Part shown: positions 9,292 to 18,757 of the stretch, in pieces | How positions within the stretch are numbered: position 1 is the first letter of the stretch | How the letters are laid out: the number at the start of each line of letters is the position of its first letter | IMG/VR virus record: IMGVR_UViG_3300011335_000838 | Coordinates: 1-43,782 of that record | DNA length: 43,782 bases | Origin: a virus | Lineage: Duplodnaviria; Caudoviricetes | Strand: one strand, 5' to 3' | Position numbers and translations under genes: made by a program | The notes under the pieces: model-generated | The model's database searches: none | Told to the model about the DNA's origin: nothing | What the model saw: the letters and a program-made list of their open reading frames with translations, nothing else

Positions 9292-9846
9292 ATGAGTACG
9301 ACTTTTGGCGGTTTTCGACTGTTCAAGCCTGTTGAATCCAATTCCTCTATGCAACTTCCGTCAGTAGCTTCCACAGCGATTGCTGTTGGAGATCTGCTGT
9401 ACTGGGATACCACGGCCAAGACGCTGAAGCCGATGGATGTTTATGTGGGGTCTGGTACTGCTGCTACCGATAGGACCGCATTATCCCCACTGTTTGCTGG
9501 TGTAGCTCTCCAGGGAAAGCTGGCAGCTGACACTACTGCTGGTTATCCAGGATTTGCGGGCGAAGTCATCAGTTGTGCTTCAGATGCCCTGTATGAGGCC
9601 GCTTGTGCTTCCGCAACATTTGAGCCTGGCACTCTGGTGGCGGTTGTCTCCTCTGGTGCGGCGGCAGCTGGTGCCATTAGCCCTCAGACCCTGGTAGCCA
9701 CAACTACGGCAGAGCAGGCAATTGGCTATGTTGTCGAGCGATATGCTGCTGCAACCACCAGCGTGAGGGTTCGCCTGATTGGACGCTGGAGTCCATTCAA
9801 GTATTGCGATGTGAACAACATTACCCCCGCAATCAATGTACTGTGA
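9292..9846 (+). CDS. head decoration/cement protein (putative)
   Basis: Ala/Gly/Thr-rich, IAVGDLLYWD...FAGVA; immediately upstream of the major capsid gene. Confidence 0.65.
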   Translation: MSTTFGGFRLFKPVESNSSMQLPSVASTAIAVGDLLYWDTTAKTLKPMDVYVGSGTAATDRTALSPLFAGVALQGKLAADTTAGYPGFAGEVISCASDALYEAACASATFEPGTLVAVVSSGAAAAGAISPQTLVATTTAEQAIGYVVERYAAATTSVRVRLIGRWSPFKYCDVNNITPAINVL

Positions 9847-9891
9847 TTTTAATGTGATTGTTGGAACATAAGGCGACTTCTGGAGATTCAA

Positions 9892-11235
9892 ATGAATACG
9901 ATCAAGTTAAGGTCTTTGTATGAGAGTCGAGTCAAGCAAACCAATGGCCGGTGGCGTTTCCTGACGGAGATGCGGAAAGGCTTGGGGCTGTGCGACAAAG
10001 AAGGTAATGATCATCGGGATCTTGCTGGAAATCGTACGCTGAAGTCGAAGGAGGTGACTCCTGAGCAATTCAGCCTGCAAGAACTTGCCGAAGCGATTAT
10101 TGGGCCGTCCTGGAGAACCTTGTTCAATCCTGACTCCCAGGCACTCGCCAAGTACACCACCGCACGATCTTTGGTGGAGGGTGGGTTCCCCAACGAGAAT
10201 CGGGCACTGGTTGAGGCAACCGGGTTCGGTCTTGACCCCAGCGCATTCTTGAATATCAACACTTTCACCAGCATTGTTGGTGGATTGGTTGAAGTCAAGA
10301 TCCTGGAAGCTTTCCAGAATCCAGCTTTGATCGCTGATAAGATTTGCCCAGTTGAGTCCACAAAGCTCAATGGTCAGAAAATTATTGGTGTTCAGAACAT
10401 CGGTGATCGAGGCCGCAAACGATCTCCTGGTGAGACTCATCCTCGCGCCCAGTTTGGCGAGCGTTGGATTCAGACCCCTGAGACCCGCGAAAACGCACTC
10501 GCTATTGATGTGCTGAAAGAAACGGTGTTCTTCGATCTGTCTGGATCGATCCTGCGTCAGGCAGCTTCGGTTGGAGAAGAACTGGCTTACCGTAAAGAAC
10601 TAGAAGTTATTGATACCATCCTTGGTGTTAATAACAGCTTTGTTTACAACGGTACGGCATACAACACTTATCAGACTAGCCGAACCCTTGGCTACCTGAA
10701 CTCTGTTGTCAACCCCCTCGTGGACTGGACCTCGCTTCAGACCTCGAACATGTTGTTCATGCGTCAGCAAGATCCTCATACTGACAAGCGTTTGCTGCTC
10801 AGTCCCAACACCCTGTTGGTGAACCCGGCAAAGCTGGCAACTATCAACCTGATCCTGGGTGCGTCTGCAACTGACCGCAGAACGGTTGCTTCAGGATCGA
10901 CTCAGTCTTCTGCGACAGAGTTGCAGATTTCCTCGACCCCCAGCAACCCTTACAGCGGTCAATTCACGGTGCTATCTAGCCCGCTTATTGAGCAGCGTTG
11001 CCTGGCGGCTGATGGTTTGAACCTGAGTCAGGCCAATACGGACAATCTGTGGTTCATGATGGAGGCAGGAAAAACCTTCAAGTACATGCAGAACTACCCT
11101 TTGACCGTGACCCAGGCTTCTCCTAACCAGTACGAGATGCTCGACAGGGGCATCGTTGCAACTTATTTCGCTAACGAGCGCGGTATTCCGAGCGTGTGGA
11201 GTCCTTGGCATTCTGCCAAGAACACCAATGTTTGA
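9892..11235 (+). CDS. major capsid protein (HK97 fold, Mu gpT-like)
   Basis: 447 aa, position in head module, ETVFFDLSG...GEELA..KE and P.TLLVNP patterns, strong GGAG RBS. Confidence 0.85.
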   Translation: MNTIKLRSLYESRVKQTNGRWRFLTEMRKGLGLCDKEGNDHRDLAGNRTLKSKEVTPEQFSLQELAEAIIGPSWRTLFNPDSQALAKYTTARSLVEGGFPNENRALVEATGFGLDPSAFLNINTFTSIVGGLVEVKILEAFQNPALIADKICPVESTKLNGQKIIGVQNIGDRGRKRSPGETHPRAQFGERWIQTPETRENALAIDVLKETVFFDLSGSILRQAASVGEELAYRKELEVIDTILGVNNSFVYNGTAYNTYQTSRTLGYLNSVVNPLVDWTSLQTSNMLFMRQQDPHTDKRLLLSPNTLLVNPAKLATINLILGASATDRRTVASGSTQSSATELQISSTPSNPYSGQFTVLSSPLIEQRCLAADGLNLSQANTDNLWFMMEAGKTFKYMQNYPLTVTQASPNQYEMLDRGIVATYFANERGIPSVWSPWHSAKNTNV

Positions 11236-11252
11236 TAACTGGGAGTAGATTG

Positions 11253-11456
11253 ATGTCCGCAGTAGCCCCGAAGATCAGTCAACCTCTCCCTCCCCTGAAA
11301 ACCTGGGAGGTCTCTGGAATGGGACTTCCCAGGCATTATATTTCTGCCTATGGGCGCGAACAGGCCAAGTCTGAGTATCGTTTCCGATACCAACTACATT
11401 CCAGCCGGAGTGTGGAGGCTGTGGAGGCTTCAAATGTCAGTAGAGACACAGCTTGA
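11253..11456 (+). CDS. hypothetical protein
   Basis: ATG 11253 with GGGAG RBS; fills the gap after the capsid gene. Confidence 0.6.
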   Translation: MSAVAPKISQPLPPLKTWEVSGMGLPRHYISAYGREQAKSEYRFRYQLHSSRSVEAVEASNVSRDTA

Positions 11457-11652
11457 TACGGCAATTCTCAATGTAGCAACGCTAATAGCAACCATTACAG
11501 CGGACCCCAAGCCCAACTACACGGTGGATAACCAAAAAGTTGATTGGGGAGACTACCTAGAAATACTTACTAATAAGCTCTCAATACTCCAGAAGGCCAG
11601 ACAGCTTGCTGGTGGACCATTCCAGAGAGCAACAAGGATGATCTCCAGATGA
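11434..11652 (+). CDS. head completion/adaptor protein (gpW-like, putative)
   Basis: ATG 11434 after GGAGG; helix-PKPNYTVDNQKVDW-helix layout typical of gpW-like proteins. Confidence 0.6.
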   Translation: MSVETQLDTAILNVATLIATITADPKPNYTVDNQKVDWGDYLEILTNKLSILQKARQLAGGPFQRATRMISR

Positions 11653-11966
11653 AATACGCAGTCATTAATGCAAGCGCATCTGGATCAAATACTGTTGTCG
11701 CAGCAGTAGTTGGCAGAAGGATCAGGGTAGTGCATTACCTGGCAATCGCAGCTGGTGATGTGACCGCAACCTGGCTTTCTGCCGCAACTGCTATCAGCGG
11801 GCCTATGGCAATCCCCCAGAATGGTGGCATGGCTCCTTCCGCTGGAGTGTCCTCCCCAGCTGGTATTCTTGGACAGTTCCAAACAGAGGTGGGAGAAGCC
11901 CTGAATCTGTCTCTTAGTGGAGCTATTTCTGTTGGTGGGCACTTAACCTACATACTGGCAGACTAA
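11649..11966 (+). CDS. hypothetical virion protein
   Basis: Translationally coupled ORF in the structural operon, rich in small residues. Confidence 0.65.
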   Translation: MKYAVINASASGSNTVVAAVVGRRIRVVHYLAIAAGDVTATWLSAATAISGPMAIPQNGGMAPSAGVSSPAGILGQFQTEVGEALNLSLSGAISVGGHLTYILAD

Positions 11967-12589
11967 TGGCATTTCATCCAGTATTGAGTATTCGATATGT
12001 AGATGCAGAACCTATGCAGAAGGTTACTTCTACACGCTCAATAACAAAACAAAGTCGAACTCCAATAACCGATTTGGCCAGAGAAATAGTCTGGTCAACG
12101 ATTAAATTTTTCAATTCTGTAGTGAACTTTCTGAGCGGAAGACCGCATGATCCAGAGGATTTTCCCTACGAATATTCTTCCAGTACTGAAGAAGAAACTG
12201 TCACCAAAGAAGTTCCAGAAAACAGAAAACTATTGAATCAATCATTAAGCAGATTGGCTGTTTTGCTGGCTAGTACGCATAGAAGAAATCTCCTCAGGAC
12301 TCAAGGACCGCCAGGATCATTACCTGGAGAGTACCCGCACTGGAGAACAAAGAACCTGGCTAACAGCATCGGCTCAAAGATGGCTGGAAAAGGCAAGAAA
12401 AGCTTCGCACAGGTTGGGTATAACGACTATAAGCGTGGAAAAACTGGGAATCCAGCAGAATATTCTCAGATTTTGGCATTAAGAAAAAGGCTGAGCATAC
12501 CAGATACGGCAAGAACATTTTTTGCATCAAATGACAAAACTGACATGGGCTACATTGTTGAGTGGAGACATGACGGGAGTAGCAATTAA
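11966..12589 (+). CDS. neck/tail completion protein (HK97 gp10-like, putative)
   Basis: S.PGEYPHWRTKNLANSI...VG motif; position. Confidence 0.6.
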   Translation: MAFHPVLSIRYVDAEPMQKVTSTRSITKQSRTPITDLAREIVWSTIKFFNSVVNFLSGRPHDPEDFPYEYSSSTEEETVTKEVPENRKLLNQSLSRLAVLLASTHRRNLLRTQGPPGSLPGEYPHWRTKNLANSIGSKMAGKGKKSFAQVGYNDYKRGKTGNPAEYSQILALRKRLSIPDTARTFFASNDKTDMGYIVEWRHDGSSN

Positions 12590-13014
12590 TGTGGTCTATC
12601 GCCAATGACCATCTGGTATTTGATAATAAAGAGACCATTACATGGACTAATATTGGAAGCTCCACAGTAACAATCAACAATGTAGTAAGAGAGCCTTCCG
12701 TACTGCAATTTAATGATTCCAATGGTTCAGTTGTTTATGTTTCTGGAATCGAGTTCTTGATTTGGAAATACGAGGCTAGCAATAACCTGATTTGGGGTTC
12801 AGACAATAACAACAACTTGCTTTTAGAATCTGTTAGTAATGACATAATTCTTTGGGAGTCTTTTGATAATAATAGTCAGTTTATTCCAAGATTGTCTGCT
12901 GAAATTATCGACAATCTTGGAAAGAAGTACAAAGTAAATTCAATTGACGATGGAGTGCTGCGCTCCCGTTGGAGTGTCAAAGCCATATCCGTGGCAGCAC
13001 AGGGGACCAACTAA
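12589..13014 (+). CDS. head-tail joining protein (putative)
   Basis: Beta-rich ETITW...IID..GKKYKV.SID...RW; position. Confidence 0.55.
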   Translation: MWSIANDHLVFDNKETITWTNIGSSTVTINNVVREPSVLQFNDSNGSVVYVSGIEFLIWKYEASNNLIWGSDNNNNLLLESVSNDIILWESFDNNSQFIPRLSAEIIDNLGKKYKVNSIDDGVLRSRWSVKAISVAAQGTN

Positions 13015-13454
13015 TGGCTAGCAGTGTATTTTGGAGCGCACTGTACTTCACTAAGCAGCGTTTGATGGCAATACCTGGGATTCCAGAGGTAAAAATAAGG
13101 AAGAAACCTGTACTGCTCCAGGAAGATGCAATCCCCCTGATCCTGATCACTCCAGGAAAAGAGCAGGTGGAGATGGAGTGCTTCGACAAAGTAGTTGAAT
13201 ATGTGTACGAAGTGAATGTCGCAATGATTAGGCCTGGAAACAGGATTTATGAATCAGATGTTGAGGACTTCCTTAAGATAAGGCAATCAATAAGAGATAC
13301 CCTTTATCAGCCAGCAATACCTGGGATAAGCACCGTAATCGACTCGTTGATAGAGACAAGTCAGGCTTTTGACATTGTATCTGGAGATTCATCCAATTAC
13401 GATATCTCTAGTATGTTGATAAGATATAAGAGCATTGAGGAGAGGGTGAGCTAA
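13014..13454 (+). CDS. tail terminator-like protein (putative)
   Basis: ATG 13014 coupled to the previous stop; ~146 aa; precedes tail tube genes. Confidence 0.55.
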   Translation: MASSVFWSALYFTKQRLMAIPGIPEVKIRKKPVLLQEDAIPLILITPGKEQVEMECFDKVVEYVYEVNVAMIRPGNRIYESDVEDFLKIRQSIRDTLYQPAIPGISTVIDSLIETSQAFDIVSGDSSNYDISSMLIRYKSIEERVS

Positions 13455-13455
13455 A

Positions 13456-13944
13456 ATGCCGATGAACAGCGCATCGACACTAGTATCTCTGTCCTGGGAC
13501 CAATACAAGTTGGTGACAGGTTTTGATAATGTGTCCCAAGGCCCAGACTCAATTAGCTCGTCTGTTTCTCCCCTGGTGACCGGGGCAACCCCCTGCAACA
13601 TAGTTTTTGCCGAACAAAGAACTCTTACGGCGACAACTACACAAGCCTACAACTTGTTCTCAGGAGGTCTACTGGACTTTCTTGGAACAACCGTGGCAAT
13701 GACAAGAATATACGCAATAGCTATAGTGTGTACAGATGGAGATGTGACATTAGCACCAGCCGCTAGCAATGGACTGGTTTGGTTTTTTGCCGGAACCACC
13801 CCATCAATCAAAGTAGTTTCTGGTGGATCGTTCCTTCTCAGTCAGTACACAGCGCAAGTTGTAGCAAGTGGAACTCGTGAGATGAAGGTTACTGCTGGAG
13901 CGGCTTCTGCAACTTACCAAATAGCATTCCTGGGAGGTCAGTAA
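13456..13944 (+). CDS. hypothetical virion protein
   Basis: 162-aa Thr/Ser/Gly-rich ORF in the structural operon. Confidence 0.65.
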   Translation: MPMNSASTLVSLSWDQYKLVTGFDNVSQGPDSISSSVSPLVTGATPCNIVFAEQRTLTATTTQAYNLFSGGLLDFLGTTVAMTRIYAIAIVCTDGDVTLAPAASNGLVWFFAGTTPSIKVVSGGSFLLSQYTAQVVASGTREMKVTAGAASATYQIAFLGGQ

Positions 13945-13945
13945 T

Positions 13946-14374
13946 ATGGCTTTTTACGCTGGAAAAACTGGGTACATTTCTGTTGCGCCAACTATTGGTG
14001 GGGTGTTGGTTCGACAAACACTTGAAGAGTGGAGCCTAGAGCTAGAAACAGAAGAAGTGGAACTAACCAACTTTGAATCTTACGGGTTCAAATCAATTAT
14101 TGGTGGCATTCGCGGGGGAACGGTTTCTGGGTCTGGAGTTTATAATGGTGTTATCCCTCTTGTTCCATTCCAGGCTGGAACCTTGGTTGATATTGATTTG
14201 GGTCTACTTCAAACCGGATCAATATCGTTCATGGTGCAAGCATTGATAACCGGAATGACAGTAGGGATGAATGTCAAGGAAAAAGCTACTTTTGAATTTT
14301 CTGCAACATTGACAAACATTGATGCAACCGGAGCAATTAACGCAACGCAGAACCAGACAATTATCCAAGCATAA
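13946..14374 (+). CDS. tail tube protein
   Basis: GKTG...WSLELETEEVELTNFES.GFK..IGG..GGTVSGSG pattern of siphoviral tube proteins. Confidence 0.75.
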   Translation: MAFYAGKTGYISVAPTIGGVLVRQTLEEWSLELETEEVELTNFESYGFKSIIGGIRGGTVSGSGVYNGVIPLVPFQAGTLVDIDLGLLQTGSISFMVQALITGMTVGMNVKEKATFEFSATLTNIDATGAINATQNQTIIQA

Positions 14375-14396
14375 TTCCATATAGGGTGACAACGCC

Positions 14397-14903
14397 ATGC
14401 CTTTTTATTCCGGTAAAGGGTCTGGCGTTGTTTTTACATCAGAGACTCGCCCTGGAACGATTCTGTATTTGACAGCGAATCAATGGACATTGGAGATAAA
14501 GGATGAGGTTATTAATATCACCAATATTAAGCCTATGCGAGATAACAAAATTCTAGAACCGGATCTCAAGGCTTTTCCCGCATGGGAGAAGTACGGGATG
14601 CCTATGGAAAAACTGAATGGCGGGATGAGAGAGACAACCCTATCGGTTCATGGATTCTTGTTCCTAGACAACACCATTAGTGTGAATGAAGGCCCAAGAT
14701 ATCCAATCATCAATGAGAAGGGAAAGATTGAGCTTGAGTTTGTTGATGTAAACAATAAGAAAAGAATACTGTTTACGATGAATAGTGTTGTGGTTACCTC
14801 GACAAAGTTTGATACAAGTGTAACTGCATGTGTAGAATACGACATTGAGTTCCAGCCGTTGACTTACGAAGTAGACTACATGGCTCATCCCAAGGCGAAA
14901 TAA
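14397..14903 (+). CDS. second tail-tube-like protein
   Basis: MPFYSGKGS...WTLEIKDEVINITN...GGMRETTLSVHG parallels 13946..14374. Confidence 0.6.
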   Translation: MPFYSGKGSGVVFTSETRPGTILYLTANQWTLEIKDEVINITNIKPMRDNKILEPDLKAFPAWEKYGMPMEKLNGGMRETTLSVHGFLFLDNTISVNEGPRYPIINEKGKIELEFVDVNNKKRILFTMNSVVVTSTKFDTSVTACVEYDIEFQPLTYEVDYMAHPKAK

Positions 14904-14905
14904 TA

Positions 14906-15355
14906 ATGGGCATTCACACTCTTTCGGATTCAATTGGCGCAAGTGGCGGGGCGATTGAATGGACCTGTTCCAAAGGGACTGCTTATCAGATCTCCCTTCT
15001 CACCTTGGAAAAGCAATCCAAATTTGAACGGGCAATGGAGCGCAAGTGCATTGATTCTATAAAGGGACTGAGGACACTTCTGGAGAAGGACGAATATTCG
15101 GATGCATTGGCATCCGCCCTGGAATCAATCAAGGATGGGGATTATGTGTTTGGCGGGGCAAGGTCTTCTGAAAGCCTGAAGACCCTGTGGGGGATTTCGA
15201 CTCTGATTTCTATTCTCATGGGAATATCTGCTGAAGAAGCAAGCGTCATTATTAATGACAATGAAGATGTTGGCCCGCTCATCGAGATGGTAATTGAGAG
15301 GTCATTCCCAGTAGCAACGGGAAAGCTCAAGGCAGGCAAGGTGAAGAAGAAGTAA
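14906..15355 (+). CDS. tail assembly chaperone (gpG-like)
   Basis: Between tube and tape measure genes; ends with in-frame G GGA AAG slippery site. Confidence 0.75.
   Translation: MGIHTLSDSIGASGGAIEWTCSKGTAYQISLLTLEKQSKFERAMERKCIDSIKGLRTLLEKDEYSDALASALESIKDGDYVFGGARSSESLKTLWGISTLISILMGISAEEASVIINDNEDVGPLIEMVIERSFPVATGKLKAGKVKKK
15319..15325 (+). promoter_or_regulatory. -1 programmed ribosomal frameshift site GGGAAAG
   Basis: X XXY YYZ heptamer in the correct phase; the -1 frame is open to the stop at 15639. Confidence 0.8.
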
Positions 15356-15639
15356 ATATCAAGCCTAATTGGCCGCAGCTGGTTGCAGGACTGACTGATG
15401 AGCCTTATTGCCTGTCTATGGATAGCATTTCAAAGCTAACCGTAAGGCAAGTAATATTGATATATGGAAAGGAAAGGGATAGAAAGACAGGTAGTCCGAA
15501 AAGGATAGTTGCCACATGGGACGATGGTGGCGACCCTGTCTATAAGCAGTTCATTGCTATGGGCCTCGACTTTGGACGGTCACTAGAAGACCTGAATCAA
15601 GAGTGGGAGGCAGCGACAAAAAATGGCAACACCAGCTGA
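15319..15639 (+). CDS. gpT-like frameshift extension of the tail chaperone (gpGT)
   Basis: -1 frame reads GKAQGRQGEEEVNIKPNWPQLVAGLTDEPYCLSMDSISKLTVRQV... and includes ORF 15418..15639. Confidence 0.75.
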   Translation, partial: GKAQGRQGEEEVNIKPNWPQLVAGLTDEPYCLSMDSISKLTVRQVILIYGKERDRKTGSPKRIVATWDDGGDPVYKQFIAMGLDFGRSLEDLNQEWEAATKNGNTS

Positions 15640-17248
15640 CAATCTCGACGCATGTGCAGCAGCATTATCAACAATATCTCTGGGAGTTAGCAATTTAGCT
15701 TCAGCAATATCTACATCTTTAAAGACAATAGATGATTCCATAAAAGCTATATCACTAAGCCCATCAATAACTGTAAATCCTAAAATTACCGTAACTCCAA
15801 CAATAAATGTAAGTCCAATTATAACTCCAGTAATCAATATAAATGCTGGAAATGTGACCATAGATTTAACTCAAACAAATGCACATTTAGATACAATAGG
15901 AAGCTATTTGCTAGAAATAGCAATATATGTAGAAGACGCTATAAGTTTGCTTGGAAATATATTAAGGCAAATAGTACTTGCTAGTGGTGGGAGTACTCAG
16001 GCCATAGCTCTTCTTTCTCAAGTGAGAGAGATGCTTGGATCATTGGTAATGATTACTGATAATGCATCGCAGAACAGGGGTGGTGGTGGCGGTGGTGGCG
16101 GTGGTGGCGGTGGTGGCGGAGGAGGTGGAAAACAGCCTAGTATGAAGTCCTTCCTGGATAGCCTCAAAGGAGGGTTAGTTTCAGGGATTATTGAATCTGT
16201 GAATCAAGGATTCATGATATTCAAGAAGGCTAAGGATCTATTTAAACAGGCTGGCGGTGGTGCTGGTGCTGGTGCGAAAGGCGGCGGAAATGGAATGCCT
16301 CCCGAAATGGTTGGGCCTATGGCGGCTGTGACTGGAGTTGCTAGCGCAATAGGTGGCCTAGGCAGCGGATTCATGACTTTGATTGAGATGGTTGGAAAGT
16401 TTGTTGGATCACTTGATCCAGCCCTGATGCAACAACTCAACCTGGCGTTTGAGAATCTTTCAGCAGTAATTGGGACAGGACTCAGACCGCTTGTCAGCAT
16501 GGCGGTAGTTGTAATAAAAGCTTTTGGTGACGCATTAGTTCCTGTCATGAAGCAGCTTGAACCTGTAATGACCAAGCTATCAATGGTTATTATAAATATG
16601 GTTGTCCCATACATTCTCGTGTGGGCAGATCAAATAGAAACATTGATTCCAGTTATAGAAGCGTTACTTCCAGTAATTGGACTATTTGGTGATTTACTGT
16701 TGAAGTCTATGAAGATTTTAATACCTCCATTTAAAGTATTAGCTGGCGTTTTGATGATAGTGATTGGCGTATTCGATCTTGTTGTTAGCGGTATTTACAT
16801 ACTTTTGGCGGCGTTCTTTGCAGCGACCGGGGAGTTAAAAAGTTGGGTTCCAGGTATGGGAGATTCTTCTAAAGCAGATAAGCAAATGGCAAAAGATATG
16901 GCTGAAAAATCTAAAAATTCGGCGCAAGCAGCTGGAAAGGCAATGGTAGGTGGAGCGAATTTAATTATAGATGGGGTGGAAAATTCGCTTGGGCTAGACT
17001 CAACGAACAAGAAGCAAAAGCCCAAGCCTGGTGGAGCGGAAGGTGCTGCGGCCAAGGGTGCCTCATTCAGCGGCGTTGCTGACCTGGGTAAGAATATGAT
17101 GCAGGCGGCTTTTGGATCAAGTACCGCAAATGTTGCTAACGAGCAACTAAATCAACAGAAGCAGATGAATCAGCAAATTGAAAAAATTGGCGGGTGGCTA
17201 TTTGGATGGGCTAAGCCCAAAGAAGCGGCAGCTGGAGTCAGGAAATAA
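15623..17248 (+). CDS. tape measure protein
   Basis: Follows the chaperone; Ala/Gly-rich amphipathic helices with periodic Pro; 541 aa. Confidence 0.75.
   Translation: MATPADNLDACAAALSTISLGVSNLASAISTSLKTIDDSIKAISLSPSITVNPKITVTPTINVSPIITPVININAGNVTIDLTQTNAHLDTIGSYLLEIAIYVEDAISLLGNILRQIVLASGGSTQAIALLSQVREMLGSLVMITDNASQNRGGGGGGGGGGGGGGGGGKQPSMKSFLDSLKGGLVSGIIESVNQGFMIFKKAKDLFKQAGGGAGAGAKGGGNGMPPEMVGPMAAVTGVASAIGGLGSGFMTLIEMVGKFVGSLDPALMQQLNLAFENLSAVIGTGLRPLVSMAVVVIKAFGDALVPVMKQLEPVMTKLSMVIINMVVPYILVWADQIETLIPVIEALLPVIGLFGDLLLKSMKILIPPFKVLAGVLMIVIGVFDLVVSGIYILLAAFFAATGELKSWVPGMGDSSKADKQMAKDMAEKSKNSAQAAGKAMVGGANLIIDGVENSLGLDSTNKKQKPKPGGAEGAAAKGASFSGVADLGKNMMQAAFGSSTANVANEQLNQQKQMNQQIEKIGGWLFGWAKPKEAAAGVRK
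16078..16128 (+). repeat. (GGTGGTGGC)n poly-Gly coding repeat
   Basis: Seen directly; encodes a run of about 17 Gly in the tape measure protein. Confidence 0.9.
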
Positions 17249-17251
17249 ATC

Positions 17252-18346
17252 ATGGCACAAACCGATGCGGCAAAAAATGTCTATGAAATGGTGGATCGCA
17301 CATCGCCATCGAAAGCGACATTCCAGACAGACGGTGGGTCCGCAACGATGGATTTCATCGTTGATAGAAGCCAATTGAAAAACCTTGTTTCTGGACTGTT
17401 AGGCAAGGTTGAGAAATCCAATGATGGGTCTGGAAGCCTCAAGAGAACCCTGCCAGCTGCTCATCCTTACTACGATTGGATGTTTGCTTCCAAGATAAAT
17501 TCTATTGAAGGATTACAGCCAAACGGAAGATATGATGCTCTGAATGGCATGCGAGACAAATCGTTGAATTACATCACCGATTGCGCCATGTATTTGAAGT
17601 ACAAGATTACCGTGGAGTTTGAGCATAGACCATATTTGATGATGACTGACGAGGAAATAAAAGGGTTTCGTACACCAAATGCAAAATGGTATTACGATCT
17701 AAATGACAGCTTCAGGCCATTCGATGATTGTTGGGAATATTCAAGATTTGTTGATGTTGAATCACAACCAAATGTGGAATTCCTTTCTAGTCCTACTGGG
17801 CAATTTAAATTCAAAACGGCAAGTGGTGACCCACCAAATAACAATCCAATTAGTAACCAGAATGGTGGTGGAGTACAGATCAGGATCATTAAACAAAAGG
17901 TCAGAATGACATGGTTCTTTGTGCCATACACGATTGCGTTTGCTGAAAATGTTACTGCTGGGTTTGGGAAAGTAAATCAATATGATTTCTGGAATTATCC
18001 GAAGGGGTCTCTCCTTCTGGAAGGTTTTGAGATTAAAAGGTATCCTCCTCCAGAGCAGCTATTTGGAAACGATCCAGTAAACAGGCATCCCGCCGAATTG
18101 AAGCTGTGTGATATCACATTCATTTTTGGATGCTTTATTCCACCCGCTGATGATGTTTCAACAGACATTCCATCGGGGGCAGGTTACAACAAATTTAAGG
18201 TTCCATATGGACACAATTTGCTTCCAAGACCCGGAACAATAAAATACTATTATGTGGAGTCAGAACCTATTCCTTCATCACCTTCAATTGTCGCAAGGCC
18301 AGTTTATGAGTCTTATCCAATGCAACGACTATTCTTGGTGTTCTAA
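17252..18346 (+). CDS. tail tip/hub protein (putative)
   Basis: Directly after TMP; aromatic beta-rich, GKVN...FWNYPKGSLL motif. Confidence 0.55.
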   Translation: MAQTDAAKNVYEMVDRTSPSKATFQTDGGSATMDFIVDRSQLKNLVSGLLGKVEKSNDGSGSLKRTLPAAHPYYDWMFASKINSIEGLQPNGRYDALNGMRDKSLNYITDCAMYLKYKITVEFEHRPYLMMTDEEIKGFRTPNAKWYYDLNDSFRPFDDCWEYSRFVDVESQPNVEFLSSPTGQFKFKTASGDPPNNNPISNQNGGGVQIRIIKQKVRMTWFFVPYTIAFAENVTAGFGKVNQYDFWNYPKGSLLLEGFEIKRYPPPEQLFGNDPVNRHPAELKLCDITFIFGCFIPPADDVSTDIPSGAGYNKFKVPYGHNLLPRPGTIKYYYVESEPIPSSPSIVARPVYESYPMQRLFLVF

Positions 18347-18747
18347 TGGCAATCACCCCAGTAAGAAGCGTTGGAAACTATCTTTATGTTGAGTCAGAAT
18401 GGTTTGTTGCCAGGATAACCGCAATTGGATCACTTGGCGGGACTGCTCCATGCCAAGGGATACCTCATGCGTGGATCGAGCAGAAGCTCTGCTCTAATGG
18501 ATTAGCATATGTAAATGGGACTGAATCTGTAGAGAATGGATCAATAACCGCAACCAATCAACCAGCATACCCAATAAACGGAGGTCAAGCATCGGTTGGG
18601 GATTTGGTCCTAATGCGCCCGCGAGGCCTTGGAGATGGCGTGAATCCGGTCCTGGAATTCATGAGTACAAGTGGTGGTGGCGGCGGTGCTAGTGGCGTAA
18701 CTTCTGTCCAATGTACTGGTGGAAATCTGGTGGTGACTTATTCCTAG
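18346..18747 (+). CDS. minor tail protein (putative)
   Basis: Coupled ORF; FVARIT...AWIEQ...VG..V.MR OB-fold-like pattern. Confidence 0.55.
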   Translation: MAITPVRSVGNYLYVESEWFVARITAIGSLGGTAPCQGIPHAWIEQKLCSNGLAYVNGTESVENGSITATNQPAYPINGGQASVGDLVLMRPRGLGDGVNPVLEFMSTSGGGGGASGVTSVQCTGGNLVVTYS

Positions 18748-18757
18748 TACAGTAACG

